This document shows, piece after piece, positions 1-10,659 of a DNA stretch of 64,000 bases; the stretch's first letter is position 1, and the number at the start of each line of letters is the position of its first letter. A model generated the notes under the pieces. That model saw only the letters and a program-made list of their open reading frames with translations, did no database searches and was not told the DNA's origin. This DNA comes from a virus. Location: the IMG/VR virus record IMGVR_UViG_3300028859_000011, positions 32,001 to 96,000 of that record. One strand, written 5' to 3'. The translations under genes were made by a program, and so were the position numbers.

Positions 1-11
1 ATAAATAATTT

Positions 12-305
12 ATGGAAAAGACAAAAACAAAGACATTAGAAGAAATTTTAGAAGAAAATGATATATCTACAAATACTGAAGAAGAAAGTAAATTAATTTT
101 ATGGAATGATGATGTTAATTCTTTTGAATGGGTAGAAAGTTGTTTAATGCTTTATTTAAAATTTACATTTGAAAAAGCTCAAGCATCAGCATACAATGTA
201 CATCTTAAAGGAAAAGATATTATTAAGACAGGATCGAAAGATGAGTTGGAGCCATATAAAAAATTATTAGAAGAACGAGGATTAAGCCTTACAATAGAAA
301 AATAA
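12..305 (+). CDS. clpS: ATP-dependent Clp protease adaptor ClpS
   Basis: ClpS core motif LILWNDDVNSFEWV...A..VHLKGK; lies two genes upstream of a Clp ATPase. Confidence 0.85.
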   Translation: MEKTKTKTLEEILEENDISTNTEEESKLILWNDDVNSFEWVESCLMLYLKFTFEKAQASAYNVHLKGKDIIKTGSKDELEPYKKLLEERGLSLTIEK

Positions 306-328
306 TAGAAAAAATAATAGAAAGTGAT

Positions 329-598
329 ATGAAAAAATTAGCAATAAATTATATTTTATATATTTATAAAAATTTCATATATAATAATAAGGATAATGAT
401 ATTTATAAAAAATGGGCAACTTCATTTATGATTATATTAGAATATACATATGATTTATATATTTGGATATTATCAATTATATTTTTACCTTTTTTATTAA
501 TTTTAATGATAAATGATAAAAAAATAAAATCTAAAAAATTTCAATTAATGAAAATGTTTATTAACTATACTAAAAATAACAACAATAATAAAAATTAA
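329..598 (+). CDS. Hypothetical membrane protein
   Basis: Hydrophobic stretch YIWILSIIFLPFLLILMI; co-oriented between clpS and clpC. Confidence 0.5.
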   Translation: MKKLAINYILYIYKNFIYNNKDNDIYKKWATSFMIILEYTYDLYIWILSIIFLPFLLILMINDKKIKSKKFQLMKMFINYTKNNNNNKN

Positions 599-606
599 AA
601 AAGCCT

Positions 607-3141
607 ATGAATTACTCAAAAGAAGTAGAAGAAGTTATCAAATTAAGCAAGGAAATTGCTATTAATATTCGTTCTAAGTCTATTAAACCTGAACATTTAT
701 TTTTGGCAATGATTGATGACGATCATTCTGAAACATCTGAAATATTGAGGGATTTAAATCTCAATATTGGCGCAATTAAGCAAACAATTCGTGAGTTGTC
801 TACATCTGAACAACCTGGAATAAATACACTTAGAAAGAATGCATCAATTCCAATTGACTCATCAACTGAAAAAATTCTTACAGATTCTGCTATTTTAGCT
901 AAAAAAATGGGAACAGATGAAGTTAGTGTAGAACATGTTTTATGTGCTATATTAGAAAATAAAAATAATTTAGTATCAGAATTATTTAGTAAATCTCCTG
1001 ATATTTTAAGGAGTCTAATGATGATTTTGAAAAATGAGGATCATCTTGATGAATACAATAATGAAATTAATGAACGAGATATAGAAGATTATCAAGATGA
1101 GTCTAACATTAAAGATGATACTAAAAATAAATCAAAAACTAAATTGATTGATCAGTTTGGTACTAATCTTACCAATCTTGCAAAAGAAGGTAAATTAGAT
1201 CCAGTAGTTGGACGTGCAGATGAAATTAAAAGAATTTCGCAGATATTATCCAGACGTAAGAAAAATAATCCTGTATTAGTAGGTGAACCAGGTGTAGGTA
1301 AATCTGCGATTGTTGAAGGATTAGCTCAATTAATTGTAGATGGACTTGTTCCTGAAAATTTACAAAATAAAAAGGTTATAACTCTTGATATGGGGTCTTT
1401 GGTAGCAGGAACTAAATATCGTGGTGAATTTGAACAAAGATTAAGAGGTATTGTCAAAGAAATGGAAGAAAATACTGATATTATTTTATTCATTGATGAA
1501 ATTCATACTATTATTGGAGCAGGTTCTGCAGCAGGATCACTTGATGCTTCTAATATGTTGAAACCAGGATTAGCCAGAGGAACATTTAGATGTATTGGCG
1601 CTACTACTCTTGAAGAATATAGAAAGTATATTGAAAAAGATGCAGCATTAGAACGTAGATTTCAAAAAGTTGTAATTGATGCAACTAGTAAATCTGAAAC
1701 ATTAGAAATTCTTAAGAATATCAAAAAACAATATGAAAATCATCATAAAGTTACATATACTGATGATGCATTAGAAGCATGTGTTAATTTATCTGATAAA
1801 TATATATCAGATAAATTCTTTCCAGACAAAGCAATTGATGTTCTTGATGAAGCTGGAGCTATGGTTCATGTTAATGGAACAAGTGCAATTCCAGATAAAA
1901 TTGTAGAACTCAGTAAAAAAATAAAAATTTCTATTTCTGAAAAACTTGAAAGTATTGCAGCACAGAAATTTGAGAAAGCTGCTGTTCATAGAGACAATGA
2001 AAAACAATGGAAATCTGAACTTGAATCAGAAAGAGAAATATGGAGTCAGGAACATACTGATCATAGAGATGTAGTAACTCAAAAAGAAATAGCTGAAGTT
2101 GTTGCCCTAATGACAAAAATACCTGTAGATAATGTATCCGTTGATGAAAATAACAAGTTAAAATTTATGGCGGATAAAGTAAAAACTGTTGTTATTGGAC
2201 AAGATGATGCTGTTGATAAAATAGTTCAATCAGTTAAAAGGGCAAGAGTTGGTATTACTAATCATAGTAAGCCTGTTGGGTCTTTTGTTTTCTCTGGACC
2301 TACTGGAGTAGGTAAAACATATCTTGCAAAAATTATGGCAAAGGAGTTATTTGGATCAGAAGATGCAATGATTAGAATTGATATGAGTGAATTTATGGAA
2401 AAATTCTCTGTATCTAGATTAGTAGGAGCACCTCCAGGCTATGTTGGATATGAAGAAGGTGGTAAATTAACAGAAGCAGTAAGACGTAAACCATATTCTA
2501 TTATTCTTCTTGATGAAATGGAAAAAGCTCATCCAGATGTTCAAAATATACTTCTTCAAGTATTAGATGATGGTGTATTAACTGATAGTAATGGTCGTAA
2601 AGTAGATTTTAAAAATACTATTATAGTTATGACAACAAATGCAGGTTCAAGAAAATTGAAAGATTTTGGTGCTGGAATTGGATTTGGACTTAATAAAAAC
2701 AGTCAGCAATCTAAAAATGATGTTCTTAAAAAAGAATTAGAAAAAGTATTTAGTCCTGAATTTTTAAATCGTATTGATGAAATTATAAATTTCAATTCTT
2801 TAAGTAAAGAAAATATTTGTGGCATTATTGATGTTGAATGTAAATCTTTGATATCTAATCTTAAAGAAAAAGGATATGATATAATTATATCTCAATCACT
2901 TAAAGATTACTTATTTGAAAATGGTTATGATGAAAATTATGGAGCAAGGCCATTAAAACGAGCAATTCAAAGTAATATCGAAGATAAACTCGCTGATGCT
3001 ATTATTGATCAAGAAATCTCAGTTGGTGATAAAATATCATTAATATATGATAAAGAAAGTTCATCTGTTAAAATTTCAAAATTGTCAACTAAAGAGATTA
3101 AGGCTAGTAATATCTTAACAGAAAATACTACAGTTTCTTAA
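607..3141 (+). CDS. clpC: ATP-dependent Clp protease ATPase subunit, ClpC type
   Basis: Clp N-domain repeats, two Walker A motifs ([16 protein letters not shown]), UVR-like middle coil, ClpP-docking IGF loop (GAGIGFG). Confidence 0.95.
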   Translation: MNYSKEVEEVIKLSKEIAINIRSKSIKPEHLFLAMIDDDHSETSEILRDLNLNIGAIKQTIRELSTSEQPGINTLRKNASIPIDSSTEKILTDSAILAKKMGTDEVSVEHVLCAILENKNNLVSELFSKSPDILRSLMMILKNEDHLDEYNNEINERDIEDYQDESNIKDDTKNKSKTKLIDQFGTNLTNLAKEGKLDPVVGRADEIKRISQILSRRKKNNPVLVGEPGVGKSAIVEGLAQLIVDGLVPENLQNKKVITLDMGSLVAGTKYRGEFEQRLRGIVKEMEENTDIILFIDEIHTIIGAGSAAGSLDASNMLKPGLARGTFRCIGATTLEEYRKYIEKDAALERRFQKVVIDATSKSETLEILKNIKKQYENHHKVTYTDDALEACVNLSDKYISDKFFPDKAIDVLDEAGAMVHVNGTSAIPDKIVELSKKIKISISEKLESIAAQKFEKAAVHRDNEKQWKSELESEREIWSQEHTDHRDVVTQKEIAEVVALMTKIPVDNVSVDENNKLKFMADKVKTVVIGQDDAVDKIVQSVKRARVGITNHSKPVGSFVFSGPTGVGKTYLAKIMAKELFGSEDAMIRIDMSEFMEKFSVSRLVGAPPGYVGYEEGGKLTEAVRRKPYSIILLDEMEKAHPDVQNILLQVLDDGVLTDSNGRKVDFKNTIIVMTTNAGSRKLKDFGAGIGFGLNKNSQQSKNDVLKKELEKVFSPEFLNRIDEIINFNSLSKENICGIIDVECKSLISNLKEKGYDIIISQSLKDYLFENGYDENYGARPLKRAIQSNIEDKLADAIIDQEISVGDKISLIYDKESSSVKISKLSTKEIKASNILTENTTVS

Positions 3142-3446
3142 TGATTAAATGGAAAGATTTAAATCTCACTGATAAAATATTCTATGTTATCTTAAATAAA
3201 GATAACATAGATGTTTTACTTAATAATGAGATGAAAATAGAAGAGATTAAAATAATTAGTATTATTAATGATAATAAAAATATATTATTTAATACTGATA
3301 TATTTGGAAACATTGAAATGACATATGATGAATATAATGAAGAAAGTTATGTCACCTCATATTTAAATGATTCTCTTATAATATTTTCAGTCGATCATAA
3401 TGGAATTATAACTGAATTGAAAAAATTATTAAATGATTTAAATTAA
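3141..3446 (+). CDS. Hypothetical protein
   Basis: ORF overlapping the clpC stop (TAATG), followed by a terminator. Confidence 0.6.
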   Translation: MIKWKDLNLTDKIFYVILNKDNIDVLLNNEMKIEEIKIISIINDNKNILFNTDIFGNIEMTYDEYNEESYVTSYLNDSLIIFSVDHNGIITELKKLLNDLN

Positions 3447-3459
3447 CAATTTAAATATT

Positions 3460-3488
3460 AAAACCCTCTGATTTTCAGAGGGTTTTTT
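3460..3488 (+). terminator. Intrinsic terminator
   Basis: AAAACCCTCTGA-TTT-TCAGAGGGTTTT hairpin with T tract. Confidence 0.85.
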
Positions 3489-3550
3489 ATTTGTAAAATT
3501 GATTACTGTTTTTTTATATATAATATTGTTAAAAAATAAAATTATAAATT

Positions 3551-4657
3551 ATGCCAGAGCAACAATATAAAATACATTTTCAAAGAAAATTTAAAACATA
3601 TGAAAAACATAATGACTTTTATAATAAATTATTAGACTTAGATATACAACATTTATTTGAGGTTTTACACAAATTAAGATTACCAAATGGTTTTTATAAA
3701 GCATCAGTTTCTACTGATTATAGGTACAGTTGGTTAAGAGATAATTTCTTTTGTTCATTTCCAGAATTATGGAACGATACAGAAAAATATATTCAAACAT
3801 ATCAAACATGGTTAGATTATTATAAAAATATAGAAACAAAATATGGAAAATTTTCATCTTTAATTAAAAAGAAAAAAATAGATTTTGATTGGGAATTTCC
3901 TAATCCAAGAATAAATACAGATTTGACAGAAATTCATTCTGGATGGAATCATATTCAAATTGATCAAATAGGATATTTTTTATATGGAATATCAACTGGT
4001 GAAAATAATGGATTGAATATAATTCGTGATAAATCTGATATTGATATTATATCAACAGTAATTAATTTACTAGATGCTATTAATTATCACACAGTACCTG
4101 AATCTGGAGCTTGGGAAGAGGGTAAAGAAGCTCCAAGGGCATCTACAATTGGTGTAATAGTGGCTGGCTTAAAATCAATTAAAATGTGTAATAACATTAA
4201 TATAGAAATTCCTGTTCATCTGATCGAAAATGGTATTAAAACTTTAAATAGTATTTTACCAAATGAAACCCCCACCAGAAAATATGATTTAGCACAATTA
4301 TTTCTTATTTATCCATTTAATTTATTAACTATTGAAATGTCTAAAACAATATTAAAAAATATTGAAGATAATTTATTAGATGATAATGGAGTCTATAGAT
4401 ATCTAGATGATAAATATTATAATCACAATGGAGAAGCAACTTGGTTATTTGGATTAAGTTATTTAGGATTAATATATTGTCAATTAGGAGATAAAGAAAA
4501 AGCAAAATATTTTTATGAAAAAATAGTTGATGAATCCATAGATTATGAAATACCTGAATTGTATTATCACGGTACAAAAACTCCAAATGATAATAATCCA
4601 TTAAGTTGGAGCATAGCAATGACTATTGAATTAGCACATATGCTTAAAACTAATTAG
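3551..4657 (+). CDS. Glycoside hydrolase family 15 / phosphorylase-kinase-regulatory-like (alpha/alpha)6 protein
   Basis: Y.YSWLRD, QID..G, ESGAWEE, G..RY..D.Y and C-terminal IPELY...PLSWS motifs typical of the GH15-like fold. Confidence 0.7.
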   Translation: MPEQQYKIHFQRKFKTYEKHNDFYNKLLDLDIQHLFEVLHKLRLPNGFYKASVSTDYRYSWLRDNFFCSFPELWNDTEKYIQTYQTWLDYYKNIETKYGKFSSLIKKKKIDFDWEFPNPRINTDLTEIHSGWNHIQIDQIGYFLYGISTGENNGLNIIRDKSDIDIISTVINLLDAINYHTVPESGAWEEGKEAPRASTIGVIVAGLKSIKMCNNINIEIPVHLIENGIKTLNSILPNETPTRKYDLAQLFLIYPFNLLTIEMSKTILKNIEDNLLDDNGVYRYLDDKYYNHNGEATWLFGLSYLGLIYCQLGDKEKAKYFYEKIVDESIDYEIPELYYHGTKTPNDNNPLSWSIAMTIELAHMLKTN

Positions 4658-4690
4658 AGTATAATTATTTTATATTTAGCTATTATCATA

Positions 4691-4732
4691 AAAAATGCAC
4701 CATTATCATTGATAATGATAATGGTGCAAAAA
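4691..4732. terminator. Bidirectional terminator between convergent genes
   Basis: TGCACCATTATCA-TTGA-TAATGATAATGGTGCA region forms an inverted repeat flanked by A and T tracts. Confidence 0.75.
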
Positions 4733-4761
4733 TATTAATATTTAATTGTGATATATAATTA

Positions 4762-5403
4762 TCAAACAACATTATCCTTATATCTTTCAGGATTTGAGCA
4801 TTCTGGTATGACTCTAATTTTAGGACTTACAGGCATTTTTAATTCTTTTTCTTCAGATTCTTTAATCTTAATTAATCCAAAAATCGCATAATTAATCATA
4901 TCAAAATAATTTGCATCAATTCCTTCTGATATTATAGTTTTACCGTCATTATCTTCAATTTGTTTAGTTCTATATATTTTCATTAAAATTAAATCAGTAT
5001 ATGATTCTATTCTCATTGATCTCCAAGCTTCGCCATAATCATGATTTTTATTTAACATTAATTCTTTAGCTTTCTGGATATATTTATTATATAATTTTAT
5101 TCCTTTATCATAAGATAAATCATCTGAATCAGAGTAGCCAAGTTCTAATTGAATTAATCCAATTATTCCATAATTTACAATCGCTATCAATTCTGAATTA
5201 ATTCCTTCGTCAATTTTTTTCTCTAATTTAATTTCTATACTTCTAATTCTATTAGCTTTTATAAATATCTGATCTGTAACAGATTTTGGCCTTAAAATTC
5301 TCCAAGAAGAACCATAATCTTTCATTTTTTTAGTGTAAATATTTAAGCAATCATTTATTATTTGATCAAATTCCTCAATAGTTTTATTTATTTTATTCGT
5401 CAT
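4762..5403 (-). CDS. DUF1599 (nucleotide modification associated domain 1) protein, two domains
   Basis: Duplicated K..DYG.(S/A)WR motifs (KMKDYGSSWRIL, KNHDYGEAWRSM) and duplicated NY.I.GLI. Confidence 0.8.
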   Translation of the reverse strand: MTNKINKTIEEFDQIINDCLNIYTKKMKDYGSSWRILRPKSVTDQIFIKANRIRSIEIKLEKKIDEGINSELIAIVNYGIIGLIQLELGYSDSDDLSYDKGIKLYNKYIQKAKELMLNKNHDYGEAWRSMRIESYTDLILMKIYRTKQIEDNDGKTIISEGIDANYFDMINYAIFGLIKIKESEEKELKMPVSPKIRVIPECSNPERYKDNVV

Positions 5404-5974
5404 TTTTCAATATATTTTTTAATTTATCTGATCTTTTTTCTTTTACTGATAATTTATTATTTTCATATAATATTTTTTCGAATTTAAAATTGACATTTAA
5501 TTTGCTTAAATTACAATATCCATTTTTAAATTTAAAATTATTCTCAATATTTGTAAATTGAAATTTTGTATAACATATTGTCATCAATTTTGAAATTTTT
5601 ATTTTAACTGACATTTTTATTTCATCTTCTATTAATTCCATTAATTTTTCATATGGTTGTATTCTATTGCCAGATAATTCACAATTAAATATAAAAGTTT
5701 TATCATTAATTTCACATAAAGAATCAGATAATTTAGAATCGTTATCAAATTCAAAAATGACAGAATAATTTAAACATTCTAAGAAATTTAATGATTCTTT
5801 ATTTTCTACTCCATAAAAATAATTTGGATTAATACAACTACCATATAATTCATTTATAGTAGTATTATTATAATTTCCAGTAGTAATATTTGATGATATA
5901 GATGTTGCTAATGTTGATGTTGATGCTAAAGTGTTAGATAAATTTAAATTTGCTAAGTTATTAAATATAGACAT
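5393..5974 (-). CDS. Hypothetical protein with C-terminal RxxKL motif
   Basis: ORF ending KRSDKLKNIL. Confidence 0.6.
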   Translation of the reverse strand: MSIFNNLANLNLSNTLASTSTLATSISSNITTGNYNNTTINELYGSCINPNYFYGVENKESLNFLECLNYSVIFEFDNDSKLSDSLCEINDKTFIFNCELSGNRIQPYEKLMELIEDEIKMSVKIKISKLMTICYTKFQFTNIENNFKFKNGYCNLSKLNVNFKFEKILYENNKLSVKEKRSDKLKNILKNDE

Positions 5975-6053
5975 ATGATTTTTATTATTTTTATTATTTT
6001 TATATTACAAAGTTTGTTTTTTTATATATAGAAAAAACTATAAAACTACAAAT

Positions 6054-7943
6054 ATGCCAAGCTCTAGTAAAATGATGATGATTAATACAAATGTCTTAAT
6101 GGAATGGACATTTGATAGTGAAAATAATATAACTGAAAATTACAAAGTTATAACTAATTTGAATGAAAATAAAAAAAGAAGTTTTCTTTCTACTACAAAT
6201 AATAATTCCATAAATAATAATTTAGTTTTATTGGATACTGTTCTAAAAAAATATACTCCTATTGATGTAGTAAAATATAATTTTTTACAATATCAAGATT
6301 ATAATACAGCACCAATACCATATGATACTGTAAAATTATATTTACCAACGAATTATAATTTCGTAATGAATGAATATGTTGGATTATATGTTAAAATTTA
6401 TACATATGATTATTATAATGAAAATGTATATGAATTATCTAATATATTTTTTGATTCTACAGTTAATACAACATCAGGATTAACTCAATTATCTATACCA
6501 TTTTTATATAATGAACAAGAATGGGGTAAATATTATGAATTTCAAATTCCATCTATTGATTATATATCTAATCAAAGAATAATATCATTAACAGAAAATG
6601 TAGTATTAAATAATACAATCAATGATAATTTTACGATAGGAGTAGGATTAAGTCAAACATCTCCAATATTTGTTGAATTTCAATATTTAACTTCAAAAGA
6701 AATTATACTTGGTACAACATATTATTATTCATCAGAGTCTTACCGTACATCATTATCTAAAAGTGCTGATTATAATACATTAGCAGTCAATATATCAGAA
6801 TCAACAGAAGGAGATTTCTTTGAAATAAACGGTACATATGGAAATTCAACTCAAAATTTGGATAATTTCATAAGAGAAATGGAGAATAAAGGACGTAGAA
6901 TGAGAATTGAGTACGATATTTATCTACTTGAAGAGAATATACAGACAAATATGCAAACCGTTGTTGTAACAGGAAATGGCGCAAATGATGATTTTACAAA
7001 AACTATATTATATAGACCTATTTTAACATTTTCAAACACAACAGCAGCAATAAACGTTGTAATGAGAGTTATTGATTTAGTGGATATGAGTACAATAGAA
7101 AGAACATCAACTCTTGGGTTAACTACTAATATACAAAAATATGGTAAAAAATTAATTAGTTTAAATATACAAAATTTAAATAAACTTAAAATTTATAATG
7201 CGAAACCAGATGAAATTATTTTGGGCTCAGATTATTTATCAGGAAATATAACTACAGAAATTGTAAAAGTAAATTCTCCTCAATTGATAGAAGTTGGTAA
7301 ATTAATAGTAAATAGTTCATCTAATAGTTCATCTACCGCATTAACTAATAATGATTATAAAACTATGGGATTATTAAATATTGTAATTACTCCATTTGAT
7401 AATATCATACAATTTAGATTGGCATCTCTTCAATCAACAAATTCTACTACTAATCAATTGGTTATATATGATTTATCTACAATATTGAATAATGCAGAAT
7501 TAGTATTAGTATTTAAATCTGATTCAGAAACAATAGAAAAATCTATATATCAAGAAGCTACAAATGATTATATAAACGGAATTGTTAATTTTAAAATTTT
7601 AGAAAATGATTTACCTGTATTAAACTCAATTTACAATAAAGGATTCACTAATTTTTATTTAACATTAGTGTCAAATAATCAGTCATCAAATAGTACAACT
7701 CAAGTTATTGGACTTGATAAAGTACGAACATTATTATATTCTGGTACATTTACATTATTTGAAAATGTCACATTTGTTGATGATAGTACAACATATATTT
7801 CAGACTCAAGTAGTTCTGTTCCTATATCATCAGGTAGTGCATCTACTAATACAACAACTACAACAGCATCAATATGGCCAATGGCAGGAAGAACAGTTAT
7901 TATTTATACCAAATATAAAAATACATCATCAACATCAAATTAA
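6054..7943 (+). CDS. Putative virion structural protein
   Basis: 629 aa Asn/Thr/Ser-rich, beta-rich ORF behind a TTTTATATATA late-type motif. Confidence 0.55.
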   Translation: MPSSSKMMMINTNVLMEWTFDSENNITENYKVITNLNENKKRSFLSTTNNNSINNNLVLLDTVLKKYTPIDVVKYNFLQYQDYNTAPIPYDTVKLYLPTNYNFVMNEYVGLYVKIYTYDYYNENVYELSNIFFDSTVNTTSGLTQLSIPFLYNEQEWGKYYEFQIPSIDYISNQRIISLTENVVLNNTINDNFTIGVGLSQTSPIFVEFQYLTSKEIILGTTYYYSSESYRTSLSKSADYNTLAVNISESTEGDFFEINGTYGNSTQNLDNFIREMENKGRRMRIEYDIYLLEENIQTNMQTVVVTGNGANDDFTKTILYRPILTFSNTTAAINVVMRVIDLVDMSTIERTSTLGLTTNIQKYGKKLISLNIQNLNKLKIYNAKPDEIILGSDYLSGNITTEIVKVNSPQLIEVGKLIVNSSSNSSSTALTNNDYKTMGLLNIVITPFDNIIQFRLASLQSTNSTTNQLVIYDLSTILNNAELVLVFKSDSETIEKSIYQEATNDYINGIVNFKILENDLPVLNSIYNKGFTNFYLTLVSNNQSSNSTTQVIGLDKVRTLLYSGTFTLFENVTFVDDSTTYISDSSSSVPISSGSASTNTTTTTASIWPMAGRTVIIYTKYKNTSSTSN

Positions 7944-7953
7944 AATAATTAAA

Positions 7954-9192
7954 ATGACTACTACAACTACTACAATATCAAATACTAAAAATGATTTACT
8001 TAACGCATTAAATATATCATCAGGTGAAACTTTAAGTTATAATTCATCAATTGAGAATATTATAAATACTCAAGGCGGAACTGTTTTATATTCGTACGAT
8101 AATATAATTATAGCATCTGAAATTACAGATTCATTTTATAATGAATTGATTAAAAATCCAAACATAGAGTATATAGATTCACTACCTTTAAAAAAATATG
8201 GTGATGTTAATTATAATTTAATTAACCAAGTAGTGATTAATAATAGTAATACATCGAATTTAAGTTCAACTTCAGGTTCAAATTCAGGAACAACTGTTGC
8301 TTTCGTAACAGGAATAAATGTGACAGGATATACAAATGATATTACAAATTCTATAAATTTGTTAAATACTCTTACTACGACACTTCAAGATGGAATATCA
8401 GGTAAAACTAGTTTATCATCAAATATAAATATATCACCTACCATAACAAATGATATTTTTGCATTAAGTGCAGAAACCAATAATACATTCAATTATCTTA
8501 TTAATGCAACTGGTACTGTACCAATTAAATATGAGATTATAACGCCAAGTAACTATATTGGAACAATAGGACTCAATTTAAATAATATAAGTGGAATCAC
8601 ATCAAAAACTGGAACATATAATTTTACATATAGTGCAATAAATTATTACGGTTCTGCATCAAAAGATTTAGTTTTGACTGTTATTGAATATGTTAAAATA
8701 ACCAATACAAATCTTATTATTAATAGTAATTTTGGTACAAATATTACATATCAAATATTATCAACTGGAAATCCAAATTCATATTATTCAACATCTTTAC
8801 CATCTGGATTAACTATGAACAATTCAACTGGAGTAATTAGTGGAATTTGTGTTATAACTGGAAGTACTAATGTTAATATAACTGCTTCTGGAATAACAGG
8901 AATGGATTCTAAAATATTAACAATTAATGTAGGATATTATCCAATCATTACTAGTATTGGTACTATTTCAGGTAAGACATATTCAGCGTTTAATTATACT
9001 ATAACATCAACTGATAGTGGTGCTACATATAAAATTGTAGGTAACTTACCTAGTGGATTAAATTTTAATAATAATATAATAAGTGGATTACCAAATAATC
9101 CTGGAATAGTAAACGTATCAATAACAGCAAGTAATGCGTTTGGATATTCCACTAAAAATTTATCAATTATTATATCAAATATGAATATATAA
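7954..9192 (+). CDS. Putative structural protein with tandem Ig-like (He_PIG-like) domains
   Basis: Repeated LPSGL....G.ISG motifs. Start placed at ATG 7954 rather than the TTG 7708 of the ORF track. Confidence 0.7.
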   Translation: MTTTTTTISNTKNDLLNALNISSGETLSYNSSIENIINTQGGTVLYSYDNIIIASEITDSFYNELIKNPNIEYIDSLPLKKYGDVNYNLINQVVINNSNTSNLSSTSGSNSGTTVAFVTGINVTGYTNDITNSINLLNTLTTTLQDGISGKTSLSSNINISPTITNDIFALSAETNNTFNYLINATGTVPIKYEIITPSNYIGTIGLNLNNISGITSKTGTYNFTYSAINYYGSASKDLVLTVIEYVKITNTNLIINSNFGTNITYQILSTGNPNSYYSTSLPSGLTMNNSTGVISGICVITGSTNVNITASGITGMDSKILTINVGYYPIITSIGTISGKTYSAFNYTITSTDSGATYKIVGNLPSGLNFNNNIISGLPNNPGIVNVSITASNAFGYSTKNLSIIISNMNI

Positions 9193-9206
9193 AAATAAAA
9201 TAAAAA

Positions 9207-9455
9207 ATGGCTACATCAACTCAAAATTCATTATTTCAAGGATTAACATATAATGATGATATAACAAATGAAATTATATCAAGTGGAGGAACTATAGTTT
9301 TTACTAGAGATAACGTAATAATGGCATCAGAAATATCAGAAGCTGAATATAGATCATTATTAAATAATCAATATATATCTAAAATAGAAGTATTACCATT
9401 AAAAAGATATGGAAATCAAGGTATTACGACTACATCTATAACAACAACTCAATAA
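9207..9455 (+). CDS. Small paralog of the N-terminal domain of the upstream Ig-like protein
   Basis: GGT...DN.I.ASEI...LPLK.YG shared with 7954..9192. Confidence 0.7.
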   Translation: MATSTQNSLFQGLTYNDDITNEIISSGGTIVFTRDNVIMASEISEAEYRSLLNNQYISKIEVLPLKRYGNQGITTTSITTTQ

Positions 9456-9471
9456 AAAAATAATTATTTAA

Positions 9472-9654
9472 ATTAACTATTTAAAAACATTTGAAAAATA
9501 TGATAATTCTTATATTTATGATATATTAACTGAAAGATTTGCAAATTATATTAAAAATGTTTTAAAATTTGAAGAAGAAACTCCAAACTATAGTAATAAT
9601 TTTTATAAAATAAAAAGTAATAAATTAAAATATGAGAATAAGTTCACAAAATAA
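9472..9654 (+). pseudogene. Remnant, or ATT-initiated, small ORF with a capsid-targeting-like N-terminus
   Basis: Reads (I)NYLKTFEKY..., matching the MKYLKTFE family, but begins ATT instead of ATG. Confidence 0.4.
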
Positions 9655-10279
9655 TCAATTTTTATTCCAGCTTCCAACCGACTTTATATCAGATGAAGTT
9701 AATGAAAGAATGAAAAATTATTTATATAAAAATTGGATACCTTATCTTACCCCAATGGATTATTTAAATAGTTCTATAAAAGAATGTGTATTTCCAAGTA
9801 TTACGTATGAAGGATCAGAGCAAATAATTAAATATGGTAAAAAAATTGAATATAAGCCAGCTACAAATATTTATGATACATATAATAATACATTAGATAT
9901 AACATTTAGGAGTGTAGATTCTCATTCTAATTATTTTATGATGCAGCAAATTTTCAATGAATATTATAATAATACAAGAAAATATTCATTAACTAATATT
10001 AATTTATTTATTTTAGATAAAGATGGAGATTTTTTATATTCAATTGTATTTAGAACAGCATTACTTAAGTCATTATCAGAAGTTAGACTTATGTATCAAT
10101 CAATTGATGTATCAGAACAAACTTTTACTGTAACGTTTAAATTTAATTTTATGGATGTATATTGGAAATTAACAGATAATCCAGATTATAAAGAAGATAA
10201 TATATTTTATTCTAAAACTTGGGATCATACTAATGAAATTTTACCCATGAAAAGATCACAAAATAATTATAATTTATAA
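9632..10279 (+). CDS. Putative tail tube / baseplate-type structural protein
   Basis: Pattern ..FPSI...LDITF..VD....F.VTFKF resembling T4 gp19/gp54-like folds; structural neighbourhood. Confidence 0.45.
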   Translation: MRISSQNNQFLFQLPTDFISDEVNERMKNYLYKNWIPYLTPMDYLNSSIKECVFPSITYEGSEQIIKYGKKIEYKPATNIYDTYNNTLDITFRSVDSHSNYFMMQQIFNEYYNNTRKYSLTNINLFILDKDGDFLYSIVFRTALLKSLSEVRLMYQSIDVSEQTFTVTFKFNFMDVYWKLTDNPDYKEDNIFYSKTWDHTNEILPMKRSQNNYNL

Positions 10280-10310
10280 AACTTTTTATTTTTAATATTA
10301 TATAAATTAC

Positions 10311-10556
10311 ATGAAATATGAAAAACATAAATATGGAATATGGAATTTAAATTATCCAACAGAAATAGATAATTTTGCGTATAATATATATCTATTGGAA
10401 TTTAATAAAAAATATTTAAAAGGTTCTCCTTATTTAGATCAAATAACATTTAAATCATATTATCATAAGAATAATGATAATGAATATTATAAAAAAGCAA
10501 AGCAATTAATTAGAATAAATAAATTAGAAAAAATAAATAAATTAGAAAATAAATAA
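10311..10556 (+). CDS. Hypothetical protein with C-terminal RxxKL motif
   Basis: Ends IRINKLEKINKLENK; paralog of 23553..23813. Confidence 0.6.
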   Translation: MKYEKHKYGIWNLNYPTEIDNFAYNIYLLEFNKKYLKGSPYLDQITFKSYYHKNNDNEYYKKAKQLIRINKLEKINKLENK

Positions 10557-10582
10557 ATTAGAAAATAAATAAATTAGAAAAA
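10513..10582 (+). repeat. Tandem ~17-nt repeat (AAATAAATAAATTAGAA), about 4 copies
   Basis: Directly visible, spanning the stop of 10311..10556. Confidence 0.8.
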
Positions 10583-10659
10583 AATAAACTTTCTAATATT
10601 TATGATATACAATCAAAACAATCAAAATAAATAAATTAATTATTAACATAAAAAATAAA

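Noticed and set aside
7708-7953. N-terminal extension of the Ig-like gene, or a programmed frameshift from 6054..7943
   Set aside because: The extension overlaps the upstream gene and reads as off-frame sequence; ATG 7954 has a normal A-rich leader and no slippery site is evident.
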